From assembly GCA_964016885.1 (NCBI GenBank), contig OZ024743.1, positions 357,926,001 to 357,990,000 on the forward strand: a stretch of 64,000 bases of DNA, in the 5' to 3' direction. Of the stretch, positions 18,839-30,704 are shown in pieces. A program made the translations under genes and the position numbers. This DNA comes from Eledone cirrhosa (taxonomy: Eukaryota). Below the pieces are notes generated by a model that worked only from the letters and a program-made list of their open reading frames with translations, did no database searches and was not told where the DNA came from. The number at the start of each line of letters is the position of its first letter. Positions within the stretch are counted from its first letter, which is position 1.

Positions 18839-20938
18839 ATGGCTACCAAAAAAAAAAAATTTCATACGTCACTCCCACTCATTCCGTCTTCTTCTTCCTC
18901 AATCATCACTACAGGAGAGAGAAGATTGTCTCTCTCCCTCCCTTCTTTAAATGTGTCTCTCTCCCTACCTTCTCTTTCGCAAGCGACGAAAGAAAAGAAA
19001 AGTCTCGTGCAAAGCGTGCAAGGTTTCTCCACGACGACGACGACAGCGACGAAACAGGTGTGCGGGAAATACGAAAACCCAGTTCATTCGTCTGACGTCA
19101 GGAATAATAGCAGTAGCAGCCGTAATAACAACAGCAACAGTGACAATGAAAACAACAGTAGCAGCCGCAACAGCATCACCAGCAGCATAAACAACAACAG
19201 CATTAGCAGCAGCAACACCAACAACAACCACAGCAACAGCGGCGGAGGCAGTAGTCGTAGTACCTGCAGCAACAACAAAAGTACCAGCAGCTCTGACGAC
19301 AACAACAACAGCAGAGAAAAACCAATCTCATTTGCAGGTATTGCGAAAAACCTGGAAACAATCCTCATAACAAATGAGGAATTAGAGGAAGCGAAGAAGA
19401 TGGTGACAAAGAACGGACACCGAGCAATCTGCAAGGCAGCGAAAAATTTTTTCGAAACCCAAGAGCACTGTACGGTCACGTACCGTACAGTAAGTACAAA
19501 ATCCCGTAGGGTGGAAAGAGCCACAGAGGCCCAAATACAAAAAGCCTTGGGGTCTGTGTGGCAGAGGAAAACGCACATCACCCGAGGCAAAAAATACGCC
19601 ACCGTAGACGTACTTTTTGCCACACCCCAGGAGGCAAAGGCCCAATCAGTAGTGACCCTAAGGAGCGAGGAAATGGTGTTGGTGCCCTCCTACTGCGGGC
19701 AAAAAATTGTGAGGGTCAAACTGACCCACGTCCCCCCCGGAATGACCCCTTCTTGGCTGGCCGCGTCTGTCCTCGTCGGAATCGAGGACAAAACAACTGT
19801 ACTGCAAGTACAGAAAAAAGTAAGAGAAGATTGGGTCGGCTCCTCCATTGAGATGCTAATCCAAACCAACCAGGAGTGCATCGAAGCTATCCCGGATGTG
19901 ATAGACTTCGATAACGGCACTCAACTGCCCATAAGTGTTGAGGGCAAACGCCCGAAATGCTTTCGCTGTGGATCGAAGACTCACCTCAGGGCCTTCTGCA
20001 ACGAGAAGACCCTGAGAAAGGAGAAAACCCCCCTCCTCCCGAATCCGGTTCCACGGCTACCAGCAACAGGACAAGCGGCAACCAGGAACGATAGGTCCGT
20101 GGCACCCATACCCACTCCACGGAAATCAAAGACAGCAGCAGCAGTGGAAATATTAACAACAACAACAGCAATACCAAATGCAGCTGCAACAGAGACTCCA
20201 GTGCAAACATCACCAACAACAACAAGTGAAAGAGTGGAGCTGGTACCCCTCCCCGACCTTACAGAATCAGACATGGAGTGTGAGGTGGGAGAGGGATGGC
20301 AAAAGGTCTCAAGAAGGCACAAACGCAGAAGCAGCGCATCGTCGCCTTTGAAAAGGGAGGAAAGAAATGAGAAAAGGGTAAAGTCTACTGCAAAGAGACC
20401 CACAGCAGCAACACCACCAACACCATCACCACCCACACCAGCACCACCATCACCACCGGCGACAACCCCACCGCCAACAACACCTTCAACACCACCACCA
20501 CAAGCACCAACATCGCAAACACAACAACAAAACACACACACCCAGCAACAACGACAAGAAAATAGCAGAACCACACCCCACCCCCAGAAAAACAAATGCA
20601 CGGCAATAAACACACACAACAAGAAACTAATGACTTACATAATTGAACACACAGACATTTCACAACAGGACTACATAATACCAGCACCAATCAAAACGCC
20701 AACTAACATAAGACTGCTAAAAATAGCACAGAAACAATACACAAACATTAAAACGAAATTCCCCAACGCAGTTGGTGATTTCAGGGACCTAGGAGGAACC
20801 ATTAATCGAAGAGTATATTCAGACATTCTCTTAGAAGAGCCGACGACCAGCCGAAGGGACGATTCAACGGTCCCTTCACCAGACGATCAAGTGAAAAGGG
20901 ATGTAAAAACCATCCCTCCTCTACCAAAAATACGGTAA
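18839..20938 (+). CDS. ORF1p copy 3
   Basis: As copy 1. Confidence 0.9.
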   Translation: MATKKKKFHTSLPLIPSSSSSIITTGERRLSLSLPSLNVSLSLPSLSQATKEKKSLVQSVQGFSTTTTTATKQVCGKYENPVHSSDVRNNSSSSRNNNSNSDNENNSSSRNSITSSINNNSISSSNTNNNHSNSGGGSSRSTCSNNKSTSSSDDNNNSREKPISFAGIAKNLETILITNEELEEAKKMVTKNGHRAICKAAKNFFETQEHCTVTYRTVSTKSRRVERATEAQIQKALGSVWQRKTHITRGKKYATVDVLFATPQEAKAQSVVTLRSEEMVLVPSYCGQKIVRVKLTHVPPGMTPSWLAASVLVGIEDKTTVLQVQKKVREDWVGSSIEMLIQTNQECIEAIPDVIDFDNGTQLPISVEGKRPKCFRCGSKTHLRAFCNEKTLRKEKTPLLPNPVPRLPATGQAATRNDRSVAPIPTPRKSKTAAAVEILTTTTAIPNAAATETPVQTSPTTTSERVELVPLPDLTESDMECEVGEGWQKVSRRHKRRSSASSPLKREERNEKRVKSTAKRPTAATPPTPSPPTPAPPSPPATTPPPTTPSTPPPQAPTSQTQQQNTHTQQQRQENSRTTPHPQKNKCTAINTHNKKLMTYIIEHTDISQQDYIIPAPIKTPTNIRLLKIAQKQYTNIKTKFPNAVGDFRDLGGTINRRVYSDILLEEPTTSRRDDSTVPSPDDQVKRDVKTIPPLPKIR

Positions 20939-20973
20939 GTGGTCTTTCCCATCTTTTCCACTCTATTTTAAAC

Positions 20974-23900
20974 ATGACCTCACTCAGAATAGGCAGCATA
21001 AATGCGCGTGGCTTGGGGTCGTCATGGAAGCAGGGTCACCTGCTCAACGACCTCAGGTCACTAAACATAGATGTAGTGGCCATCAGCGAGACCAGAATCT
21101 CCGAAGCACGGGCCTTCGCACCGATCTTCGGCGGCTACGATGTGTACGCATCTCCCAGCCGTCCTGGATCGGGTGGAGGAGTTGCTGTGCTTTTTCGGAG
21201 AGGTTTGGATCTCGCCATACGGGCCATCTTCCTGGACCCAGAGGGTAAGCTGGTGGTGCTGGACGTGACCAGCGGAGACGGGCAAGCTTTCAGGCTAGTG
21301 GCCGTCTATGCCCCGACAGGAGCAGGGCGGCCTGATTTCTTCCGGCGTCTGGAGACCTTTCTTGGAACGTCGCGCTCTTTAGTGTTAGTGGGCGACTGGA
21401 ACGGGATCTTAGATGCACGCTGGGACTGTGTGGGATTAGCGGATAGGGGTGGAGGGTGCAAGAGCCTCACCAACCTGCTCAGGCGTTTTGAACTGTCTGA
21501 CAGGTACCGATTGGATTTCCCGAATGTGCCAATGTGGACTTGGACAAACCGCATAGGGTCATCCAGATCATATCTAGATAGAGTATTTTGTAGGGAAATA
21601 GATAGGTCTAGCATAGGCTGTCCACAATTCAAGATAGTCAGCTACACGGACCACAAATTCGTGATCTGTGTGCTTGACTTAGATAGGCTTCATAGACGAG
21701 GACCCGGCTACTGGAAGCTAAACGCGTCCTTACCAGCGCGCAAGGCCTACAGAGACCGGATTAGCGAACTAGTTAAGCGGGCGTTGACGGGGGCCATCGT
21801 CAACAACAAGTGGTGGTTTGCTCTGAAAAGAGCGATTAGAATAGAATCGATTAGGTTTAGTAAGGCTTTAGCAATAGAGAAAAATAGAGCAGAGGGAGAA
21901 CTAGTTAGAAAATTAGACGAGGCGCTTAGCAAAGGCATTGCGACCGACGTGCTTGCGGCGAAATTGGCCCTTGACCAATTCTTCAATGCAAAGCACGAAG
22001 GCTGCGTTGTCAGAGCTAGGGTGCGTGCTCTCAGACACGAGGGGACGAAAGCCGTTCAATGGGCCCGAGTGGCGGAGGCGCGTCGTGGCAACAAAGCCAC
22101 GATCCGGTCTTTGGTGGACCACGACGGGCGCATGCTACTCGATCCCGGGCAAATGTGTGAAGCTTTTCAGCGACACTTCGCTCAGCTGTTCGGGGGCAGC
22201 GGGGGGCCGGGTAGAGGGATGGACTTTAGTGTCTACCTCGACGGACTGCCGCGGCTCTCGGCCACTGAGGCGAAGTGTTGCGAAAAGCCGATAACAGCCG
22301 CTGAAGTAAGGGAGGCAATGACTGGCTGCACAAGGGGTAAATCGCCTGGTTTGGATGGTCTGCCCTATGAACTTTACGTACAGATGCCAGACTTGTTCGG
22401 AGGCCTCTTGGCGGACGTCTACTGCAACTGGCAACAGAACGGGAGAATTCCCAGTTCTGTGAGCCGAGGAGCGGTGGCACTGCTGAGAAAGGATCCGAAC
22501 AAGGGGGATAACATAGACAATTTCCGGCCCATAACTCTGCTAAACACAGAGTTTAAGATTTTGGCCAAGGTGCTAGCAAAGAGGTTGGCGCTTGTCGTTG
22601 GTGGTCTGGTGGGAGAGGCGCAGACATGCGCCATTCCCGACAGATCCATCCACGACAACCTCCACCTCATGCGATACATCGTAGAGAGGGTAGCTAGGGA
22701 ACCTGGCACGGGTGGGTCCTTGATCAATTTAGATCAGTCGAAAGCTTTCGATAGGGTCGACCATCGTTACCTAGCGGCAGTCCTGAGGGCGGCTGGCTTT
22801 GGGCCCGTCTTCAGAGGCTGGATCGCTGCCATGCACAGCGACATCTGCTCTGTGGTGAGAGTGAACGGTCACCTGTCGGAACCGTTCAACATCATGCGCT
22901 CGGTCCGCCAAGGATGTCCCCTCTCGTCCCTCTTGTACGTATTGACTCTCGAGCCATTACTGCACAAACTGGAGACGTTGAGGGGAGTCCCGCGCGAACT
23001 AGGATGCGGAAGATCCGTGTCAGCATATGCGGACGATGTCACCGTAGTGGTGTCGAACGCCAAACACATCGAGGCGATCGGCACTACACTAAGAGAATAC
23101 GAAGCGGTGACAGGAGCAATGATCAACCAGGAAAAGTCAGTGGGCCTGCAGCTCGGCACCTGGAGAGGCAGGTCCATGCCGTCCAACAGCGTCGTCGGGC
23201 GCTGGACGGACGGACCGGTTAAATTGCTAGGGGTCTGGTTCGGTCCGGACCTCCAGACGGACAAAAACTGGGACGAGGTGACGAGCAGGGTGGCTTCTCT
23301 CACCCAGAAATGGGCGGAGAGGAAGCTATCCCTGAAAGGTCGAGCGGAGGTGGCTAACGCGTACATCGCGTCTGTCATCTGCTACCGCCTAACCGTCGTA
23401 CCTTGTCCTAAGCCTCGCCTGACTGCGCTGGAGCGTTTGCTCTTTCGCTTTTTGTGGAAGGGACGTGCTCCGATGGTCAGGCGGTCCATCTGTTGTCAAC
23501 ACCCGCTACGTGGAGGGCTGGGCATGCCGTGGCTGATGATGCGCAGGCACGCGCTCAGGCTACGACATCTCCACCTCTTCCTCGACGGTGATCAGGTGTG
23601 GTCGCCGTTTGCTAGACGCGTTTTTCCCCAGCTCGTTTCCTTGACGGAGCTGCAGTCCTGGGTCAAGCGAAGACCGAGAGGGAGCGCCTGGAGACTGGAA
23701 TGTCTTCAGGCGCTCACAGCCCTCGACCAATCGGGCAATGTGATCGGTGGAAACTCCACCTCGGCGTTCTATAGAGGATTAGTGGAGGGGAAGAGCGACG
23801 ACGTACTTGGGGAAACTCTAGGCGTCGACGAAAATCAACTAGCCAATCTCTTCGGAAGAACTTTCGGGCCAGGGCCTATGGACAACTTCCAGAAATCTCT

Positions 23901-24393
23901 GGCCTGGCAGTGCTACCGAGGAGCCTTGCCAGTTCGGGATAAACTCTACAGGCATGGAGGTGCCGTCAGCCGGGCATGTCCGAGATGCGCGCAGGGCGAC
24001 GAAACCGTCCTGCACGCACTCGTCCAGTGTCCGAAAATTGCTGACTTGTGGGTTTATGTCGAACACCTGCTGTCGCGTTTAGGACGGATCCAGCTATCAT
24101 CTGAGTCCATCGTGAGGATTGCCCCGCCCTCCTCCTTTAGCCGGGAAGGGCAGGCAGTTTTTATCTGTCTGGTGGCCATGGCGAAAGAGATAGTATGGTG
24201 GACACGTTTGAAAGGGCTGAAGACGAGCACTTACCTCTTCGGTGATGCTCTGATTGACTTTTTCAAATTTCATTTGAAAAGGAAAATCAGAGTAGAGAGG
24301 GAAGTGCTCTCTTCCCAGCATTTTGTTGAAAGATGGGTGAGAGAAGCAAGAATGGCCCGAGTGAATGGGCCGACTCTGAGTATATATCTGTAA
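20974..24393 (+). CDS. ORF2p copy 3
   Basis: Intact 1139 aa. Confidence 0.97.
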   Translation: MTSLRIGSINARGLGSSWKQGHLLNDLRSLNIDVVAISETRISEARAFAPIFGGYDVYASPSRPGSGGGVAVLFRRGLDLAIRAIFLDPEGKLVVLDVTSGDGQAFRLVAVYAPTGAGRPDFFRRLETFLGTSRSLVLVGDWNGILDARWDCVGLADRGGGCKSLTNLLRRFELSDRYRLDFPNVPMWTWTNRIGSSRSYLDRVFCREIDRSSIGCPQFKIVSYTDHKFVICVLDLDRLHRRGPGYWKLNASLPARKAYRDRISELVKRALTGAIVNNKWWFALKRAIRIESIRFSKALAIEKNRAEGELVRKLDEALSKGIATDVLAAKLALDQFFNAKHEGCVVRARVRALRHEGTKAVQWARVAEARRGNKATIRSLVDHDGRMLLDPGQMCEAFQRHFAQLFGGSGGPGRGMDFSVYLDGLPRLSATEAKCCEKPITAAEVREAMTGCTRGKSPGLDGLPYELYVQMPDLFGGLLADVYCNWQQNGRIPSSVSRGAVALLRKDPNKGDNIDNFRPITLLNTEFKILAKVLAKRLALVVGGLVGEAQTCAIPDRSIHDNLHLMRYIVERVAREPGTGGSLINLDQSKAFDRVDHRYLAAVLRAAGFGPVFRGWIAAMHSDICSVVRVNGHLSEPFNIMRSVRQGCPLSSLLYVLTLEPLLHKLETLRGVPRELGCGRSVSAYADDVTVVVSNAKHIEAIGTTLREYEAVTGAMINQEKSVGLQLGTWRGRSMPSNSVVGRWTDGPVKLLGVWFGPDLQTDKNWDEVTSRVASLTQKWAERKLSLKGRAEVANAYIASVICYRLTVVPCPKPRLTALERLLFRFLWKGRAPMVRRSICCQHPLRGGLGMPWLMMRRHALRLRHLHLFLDGDQVWSPFARRVFPQLVSLTELQSWVKRRPRGSAWRLECLQALTALDQSGNVIGGNSTSAFYRGLVEGKSDDVLGETLGVDENQLANLFGRTFGPGPMDNFQKSLAWQCYRGALPVRDKLYRHGGAVSRACPRCAQGDETVLHALVQCPKIADLWVYVEHLLSRLGRIQLSSESIVRIAPPSSFSREGQAVFICLVAMAKEIVWWTRLKGLKTSTYLFGDALIDFFKFHLKRKIRVEREVLSSQHFVERWVREARMARVNGPTLSIYL

Positions 24394-24653
24394 ACTAAAG
24401 GTGGAAAACTGGGAGAGGGCACTTGCCTTGGTGGTCAGGGTCATTGTGGCTTTTTACTGGGCTTTCTCCACAAATGTCCCTCCGAAGTCTCCCCCCTATT
24501 GGGGAATTTTTCATTGTTATTTTCATTGTTATTTTTGTTACATCCTCTGTTTTTGTTTTTTTTACACGCAGAAATGCCCATTTGTACCGTCCTGCATTGT
24601 CCTGCACTGTCCTTAATGTCTACTTTATGTAAACCCTTGTGGTTAATAAAGAA

Positions 24654-24677
24654 ATCATTATTATTATTATTATTATT
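24654..24677. repeat. linker ATC(ATT)7
   Basis: Counted directly. Confidence 0.9.
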
Positions 24678-24890
24678 GAATGCCATGGTTGACGGAGGCT
24701 CGGCTCTGTAAGGTATAGTAATTTTTAACCGTTAAAACAATTGTAAATTGTTTAAAACTTGAACCAAATTGTTGATAAAGACACCCTCCTCCTCGTGAGA
24801 GGGGTCTTTCTGTCCGTTATTTGGCCCTTCGGGGTTAAATAACCAGTTATTGGGGTTTTGTACCCAAAATTTCATTTTAAACAAAACAAC

Positions 24891-26990
24891 ATGGCTACCA
24901 AAAAAAAAAAATTTCATACGTCACTCCCACTCATTCCGTCTTCTTCTTCCTCAATCATCACTACAGGAGAGAGAAGATTGTCTCTCTCCCTCCCTTCTTT
25001 AAATGTGTCTCTCTCCCTACCTTCTCTTTCGCAAGCGACGAAAGAAAAGAAAAGTCTCGTGCAAAGCGTGCAAGGTTTCTCCACGACGACGACGACAGCG
25101 ACGAAACAGGTGTGCGGGAAATACGAAAACCCAGTTCATTCGTCTGACGTCAGGAATAATAGCAGTAGCAGCCGTAATAACAACAGCAACAGTGACAATG
25201 AAAACAACAGTAGCAGCCGCAACAGCATCACCAGCAGCATAAACAACAACAGCATTAGCAGCAGCAACACCAACAACAACCACAGCAACAGCGGCGGAGG
25301 CAGTAGTCGTAGTACCTGCAGCAACAACAAAAGTACCAGCAGCTCTGACGACAACAACAACAGCAGAGAAAAACCAATCTCATTTGCAGGTATTGCGAAA
25401 AACCTGGAAACAATCCTCATAACAAATGAGGAATTAGAGGAAGCGAAGAAGATGGTGACAAAGAACGGACACCGAGCAATCTGCAAGGCAGCGAAAAATT
25501 TTTTCGAAACCCAAGAGCACTGTACGGTCACGTACCGTACAGTAAGTACAAAATCCCGTAGGGTGGAAAGAGCCACAGAGGCCCAAATACAAAAAGCCTT
25601 GGGGTCTGTGTGGCAGAGGAAAACGCACATCACCCGAGGCAAAAAATACGCCACCGTAGACGTACTTTTTGCCACACCCCAGGAGGCAAAGGCCCAATCA
25701 GTAGTGACCCTAAGGAGCGAGGAAATGGTGTTGGTGCCCTCCTACTGCGGGCAAAAAATTGTGAGGGTCAAACTGACCCACGTCCCCCCCGGAATGACCC
25801 CTTCTTGGCTGGCCGCGTCTGTCCTCGTCGGAATCGAGGACAAAACAACTGTACTGCAAGTACAGAAAAAAGTAAGAGAAGATTGGGTCGGCTCCTCCAT
25901 TGAGATGCTAATCCAAACCAACCAGGAGTGCATCGAAGCTATCCCGGATGTGATAGACTTCGATAACGGCACTCAACTGCCCATAAGTGTTGAGGGCAAA
26001 CGCCCGAAATGCTTTCGCTGTGGATCGAAGACTCACCTCAGGGCCTTCTGCAACGAGAAGACCCTGAGAAAGGAGAAAACCCCCCTCCTCCCGAATCCGG
26101 TTCCACGGCTACCAGCAACAGGACAAGCGGCAACCAGGAACGATAGGTCCGTGGCACCCATACCCACTCCACGGAAATCAAAGACAGCAGCAGCAGTGGA
26201 AATATTAACAACAACAACAGCAATACCAAATGCAGCTGCAACAGAGACTCCAGTGCAAACATCACCAACAACAACAAGTGAAAGAGTGGAGCTGGTACCC
26301 CTCCCCGACCTTACAGAATCAGACATGGAGTGTGAGGTGGGAGAGGGATGGCAAAAGGTCTCAAGAAGGCACAAACGCAGAAGCAGCGCATCGTCGCCTT
26401 TGAAAAGGGAGGAAAGAAATGAGAAAAGGGTAAAGTCTACTGCAAAGAGACCCACAGCAGCAACACCACCAACACCATCACCACCCACACCAGCACCACC
26501 ATCACCACCGGCGACAACCCCACCGCCAACAACACCTTCAACACCACCACCACAAGCACCAACATCGCAAACACAACAACAAAACACACACACCCAGCAA
26601 CAACGACAAGAAAATAGCAGAACCACACCCCACCCCCAGAAAAACAAATGCACGGCAATAAACACACACAACAAGAAACTAATGACTTACATAATTGAAC
26701 ACACAGACATTTCACAACAGGACTACATAATACCAGCACCAATCAAAACGCCAACTAACATAAGACTGCTAAAAATAGCACAGAAACAATACACAAACAT
26801 TAAAACGAAATTCCCCAACGCAGTTGGTGATTTCAGGGACCTAGGAGGAACCATTAATCGAAGAGTATATTCAGACATTCTCTTAGAAGAGCCGACGACC
26901 AGCCGAAGGGACGATTCAACGGTCCCTTCACCAGACGATCAAGTGAAAAGGGATGTAAAAACCATCCCTCCTCTACCAAAAATACGGTAA
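24891..26990 (+). CDS. ORF1p copy 4
   Basis: As copy 1. Confidence 0.9.
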   Translation: MATKKKKFHTSLPLIPSSSSSIITTGERRLSLSLPSLNVSLSLPSLSQATKEKKSLVQSVQGFSTTTTTATKQVCGKYENPVHSSDVRNNSSSSRNNNSNSDNENNSSSRNSITSSINNNSISSSNTNNNHSNSGGGSSRSTCSNNKSTSSSDDNNNSREKPISFAGIAKNLETILITNEELEEAKKMVTKNGHRAICKAAKNFFETQEHCTVTYRTVSTKSRRVERATEAQIQKALGSVWQRKTHITRGKKYATVDVLFATPQEAKAQSVVTLRSEEMVLVPSYCGQKIVRVKLTHVPPGMTPSWLAASVLVGIEDKTTVLQVQKKVREDWVGSSIEMLIQTNQECIEAIPDVIDFDNGTQLPISVEGKRPKCFRCGSKTHLRAFCNEKTLRKEKTPLLPNPVPRLPATGQAATRNDRSVAPIPTPRKSKTAAAVEILTTTTAIPNAAATETPVQTSPTTTSERVELVPLPDLTESDMECEVGEGWQKVSRRHKRRSSASSPLKREERNEKRVKSTAKRPTAATPPTPSPPTPAPPSPPATTPPPTTPSTPPPQAPTSQTQQQNTHTQQQRQENSRTTPHPQKNKCTAINTHNKKLMTYIIEHTDISQQDYIIPAPIKTPTNIRLLKIAQKQYTNIKTKFPNAVGDFRDLGGTINRRVYSDILLEEPTTSRRDDSTVPSPDDQVKRDVKTIPPLPKIR

Positions 26991-27025
26991 GTGGTCTTTC
27001 CCATCTTTTCCACTCTATTTTAAAC

Positions 27026-30000
27026 ATGACCTCACTCAGAATAGGCAGCATAAATGCGCGTGGCTTGGGGTCGTCATGGAAGCAGGGTCACCTGCTCAAC
27101 GACCTCAGGTCACTAAACATAGATGTAGTGGCCATCAGCGAGACCAGAATCTCCGAAGCACGGGCCTTCGCACCGATCTTCGGCGGCTACGATGTGTACG
27201 CATCTCCCAGCCGTCCTGGATCGGGTGGAGGAGTTGCTGTGCTTTTTCGGAGAGGTTTGGATCTCGCCATACGGGCCATCTTCCTGGACCCAGAGGGTAA
27301 GCTGGTGGTGCTGGACGTGACCAGCGGAGACGGGCAAGCTTTCAGGCTAGTGGCCGTCTATGCCCCGACAGGAGCAGGGCGGCCTGATTTCTTCCGGCGT
27401 CTGGAGACCTTTCTTGGAACGTCGCGCTCTTTAGTGTTAGTGGGCGACTGGAACGGGATCTTAGATGCACGCTGGGACTGTGTGGGATTAGCGGATAGGG
27501 GTGGAGGGTGCAAGAGCCTCACCAACCTGCTCAGGCGTTTTGAACTGTCTGACAGGTACCGATTGGATTTCCCGAATGTGCCAATGTGGACTTGGACAAA
27601 CCGCATAGGGTCATCCAGATCATATCTAGATAGAGTATTTTGTAGGGAAATAGATAGGTCTAGCATAGGCTGTCCACAATTCAAGATAGTCAGCTACACG
27701 GACCACAAATTCGTGATCTGTGTGCTTGACTTAGATAGGCTTCATAGACGAGGACCCGGCTACTGGAAGCTAAACGCGTCCTTACCAGCGCGCAAGGCCT
27801 ACAGAGACCGGATTAGCGAACTAGTTAAGCGGGCGTTGACGGGGGCCATCGTCAACAACAAGTGGTGGTTTGCTCTGAAAAGAGCGATTAGAATAGAATC
27901 GATTAGGTTTAGTAAGGCTTTAGCAATAGAGAAAAATAGAGCAGAGGGAGAACTAGTTAGAAAATTAGACGAGGCGCTTAGCAAAGGCATTGCGACCGAC
28001 GTGCTTGCGGCGAAATTGGCCCTTGACCAATTCTTCAATGCAAAGCACGAAGGCTGCGTTGTCAGAGCTAGGGTGCGTGCTCTCAGACACGAGGGGACGA
28101 AAGCCGTTCAATGGGCCCGAGTGGCGGAGGCGCGTCGTGGCAACAAAGCCACGATCCGGTCTTTGGTGGACCACGACGGGCGCATGCTACTCGATCCCGG
28201 GCAAATGTGTGAAGCTTTTCAGCGACACTTCGCTCAGCTGTTCGGGGGCAGCGGGGGGCCGGGTAGAGGGATGGACTTTAGTGTCTACCTCGACGGACTG
28301 CCGCGGCTCTCGGCCACTGAGGCGAAGTGTTGCGAAAAGCCGATAACAGCCGCTGAAGTAAGGGAGGCAATGACTGGCTGCACAAGGGGTAAATCGCCTG
28401 GTTTGGATGGTCTGCCCTATGAACTTTACGTACAGATGCCAGACTTGTTCGGAGGCCTCTTGGCGGACGTCTACTGCAACTGGCAACAGAACGGGAGAAT
28501 TCCCAGTTCTGTGAGCCGAGGAGCGGTGGCACTGCTGAGAAAGGATCCGAACAAGGGGGATAACATAGACAATTTCCGGCCCATAACTCTGCTAAACACA
28601 GAGTTTAAGATTTTGGCCAAGGTGCTAGCAAAGAGGTTGGCGCTTGTCGTTGGTGGTCTGGTGGGAGAGGCGCAGACATGCGCCATTCCCGACAGATCCA
28701 TCCACGACAACCTCCACCTCATGCGATACATCGTAGAGAGGGTAGCTAGGGAACCTGGCACGGGTGGGTCCTTGATCAATTTAGATCAGTCGAAAGCTTT
28801 CGATAGGGTCGACCATCGTTACCTAGCGGCAGTCCTGAGGGCGGCTGGCTTTGGGCCCGTCTTCAGAGGCTGGATCGCTGCCATGCACAGCGACATCTGC
28901 TCTGTGGTGAGAGTGAACGGTCACCTGTCGGAACCGTTCAACATCATGCGCTCGGTCCGCCAAGGATGTCCCCTCTCGTCCCTCTTGTACGTATTGACTC
29001 TCGAGCCATTACTGCACAAACTGGAGACGTTGAGGGGAGTCCCGCGCGAACTAGGATGCGGAAGATCCGTGTCAGCATATGCGGACGATGTCACCGTAGT
29101 GGTGTCGAACGCCAAACACATCGAGGCGATCGGCACTACACTAAGAGAATACGAAGCGGTGACAGGAGCAATGATCAACCAGGAAAAGTCAGTGGGCCTG
29201 CAGCTCGGCACCTGGAGAGGCAGGTCCATGCCGTCCAACAGCGTCGTCGGGCGCTGGACGGACGGACCGGTTAAATTGCTAGGGGTCTGGTTCGGTCCGG
29301 ACCTCCAGACGGACAAAAACTGGGACGAGGTGACGAGCAGGGTGGCTTCTCTCACCCAGAAATGGGCGGAGAGGAAGCTATCCCTGAAAGGTCGAGCGGA
29401 GGTGGCTAACGCGTACATCGCGTCTGTCATCTGCTACCGCCTAACCGTCGTACCTTGTCCTAAGCCTCGCCTGACTGCGCTGGAGCGTTTGCTCTTTCGC
29501 TTTTTGTGGAAGGGACGTGCTCCGATGGTCAGGCGGTCCATCTGTTGTCAACACCCGCTACGTGGAGGGCTGGGCATGCCGTGGCTGATGATGCGCAGGC
29601 ACGCGCTCAGGCTACGACATCTCCACCTCTTCCTCGACGGTGATCAGGTGTGGTCGCCGTTTGCTAGACGCGTTTTTCCCCAGCTCGTTTCCTTGACGGA
29701 GCTGCAGTCCTGGGTCAAGCGAAGACCGAGAGGGAGCGCCTGGAGACTGGAATGTCTTCAGGCGCTCACAGCCCTCGACCAATCGGGCAATGTGATCGGT
29801 GGAAACTCCACCTCGGCGTTCTATAGAGGATTAGTGGAGGGGAAGAGCGACGACGTACTTGGGGAAACTCTAGGCGTCGACGAAAATCAACTAGCCAATC
29901 TCTTCGGAAGAACTTTCGGGCCAGGGCCTATGGACAACTTCCAGAAATCTCTGGCCTGGCAGTGCTACCGAGGAGCCTTGCCAGTTCGGGATAAACTCTA

Positions 30001-30445
30001 CAGGCATGGAGGTGCCGTCAGCCGGGCATGTCCGAGATGCGCGCAGGGCGACGAAACCGTCCTGCACGCACTCGTCCAGTGTCCGAAAATTGCTGACTTG
30101 TGGGTTTATGTCGAACACCTGCTGTCGCGTTTAGGACGGATCCAGCTATCATCTGAGTCCATCGTGAGGATTGCCCCGCCCTCCTCCTTTAGCCGGGAAG
30201 GGCAGGCAGTTTTTATCTGTCTGGTGGCCATGGCGAAAGAGATAGTATGGTGGACACGTTTGAAAGGGCTGAAGACGAGCACTTACCTCTTCGGTGATGC
30301 TCTGATTGACTTTTTCAAATTTCATTTGAAAAGGAAAATCAGAGTAGAGAGGGAAGTGCTCTCTTCCCAGCATTTTGTTGAAAGATGGGTGAGAGAAGCA
30401 AGAATGGCCCGAGTGAATGGGCCGACTCTGAGTATATATCTGTAA
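27026..30445 (+). CDS. ORF2p copy 4
   Basis: Intact 1139 aa. Confidence 0.97.
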   Translation: MTSLRIGSINARGLGSSWKQGHLLNDLRSLNIDVVAISETRISEARAFAPIFGGYDVYASPSRPGSGGGVAVLFRRGLDLAIRAIFLDPEGKLVVLDVTSGDGQAFRLVAVYAPTGAGRPDFFRRLETFLGTSRSLVLVGDWNGILDARWDCVGLADRGGGCKSLTNLLRRFELSDRYRLDFPNVPMWTWTNRIGSSRSYLDRVFCREIDRSSIGCPQFKIVSYTDHKFVICVLDLDRLHRRGPGYWKLNASLPARKAYRDRISELVKRALTGAIVNNKWWFALKRAIRIESIRFSKALAIEKNRAEGELVRKLDEALSKGIATDVLAAKLALDQFFNAKHEGCVVRARVRALRHEGTKAVQWARVAEARRGNKATIRSLVDHDGRMLLDPGQMCEAFQRHFAQLFGGSGGPGRGMDFSVYLDGLPRLSATEAKCCEKPITAAEVREAMTGCTRGKSPGLDGLPYELYVQMPDLFGGLLADVYCNWQQNGRIPSSVSRGAVALLRKDPNKGDNIDNFRPITLLNTEFKILAKVLAKRLALVVGGLVGEAQTCAIPDRSIHDNLHLMRYIVERVAREPGTGGSLINLDQSKAFDRVDHRYLAAVLRAAGFGPVFRGWIAAMHSDICSVVRVNGHLSEPFNIMRSVRQGCPLSSLLYVLTLEPLLHKLETLRGVPRELGCGRSVSAYADDVTVVVSNAKHIEAIGTTLREYEAVTGAMINQEKSVGLQLGTWRGRSMPSNSVVGRWTDGPVKLLGVWFGPDLQTDKNWDEVTSRVASLTQKWAERKLSLKGRAEVANAYIASVICYRLTVVPCPKPRLTALERLLFRFLWKGRAPMVRRSICCQHPLRGGLGMPWLMMRRHALRLRHLHLFLDGDQVWSPFARRVFPQLVSLTELQSWVKRRPRGSAWRLECLQALTALDQSGNVIGGNSTSAFYRGLVEGKSDDVLGETLGVDENQLANLFGRTFGPGPMDNFQKSLAWQCYRGALPVRDKLYRHGGAVSRACPRCAQGDETVLHALVQCPKIADLWVYVEHLLSRLGRIQLSSESIVRIAPPSSFSREGQAVFICLVAMAKEIVWWTRLKGLKTSTYLFGDALIDFFKFHLKRKIRVEREVLSSQHFVERWVREARMARVNGPTLSIYL

Positions 30446-30704
30446 ACTAAAGGTGGAAAACTGGGAGAGGGCACTTGCCTTGGTGGTCAGGGTCATTGTG
30501 GCTTTTTACTGGGCTTTCTCCACAAATGTCCCTCCGAAGTCTCCCCCCTATTGGGGAATTTTTCATTGTTATTTTCATTGTTATTTTTGTTACATCCTCT
30601 GTTTTTGTTTTTTTACACGCAGAAATGCCCATTTGTACCGTCCTGCATTGTCCTGCACTGTCCTTAATGTCTACTTTATGTAAACCCTTGTGGTTAATAA
30701 AGAA

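Larger units (their letters stand above)
18626..24653 (+). mobile_element. retrotransposon copy 3, full length
   Basis: Near-identical to copy 1. Confidence 0.95.
24678..30704 (+). mobile_element. retrotransposon copy 4, full length
   Basis: Near-identical to copy 1. Confidence 0.95.
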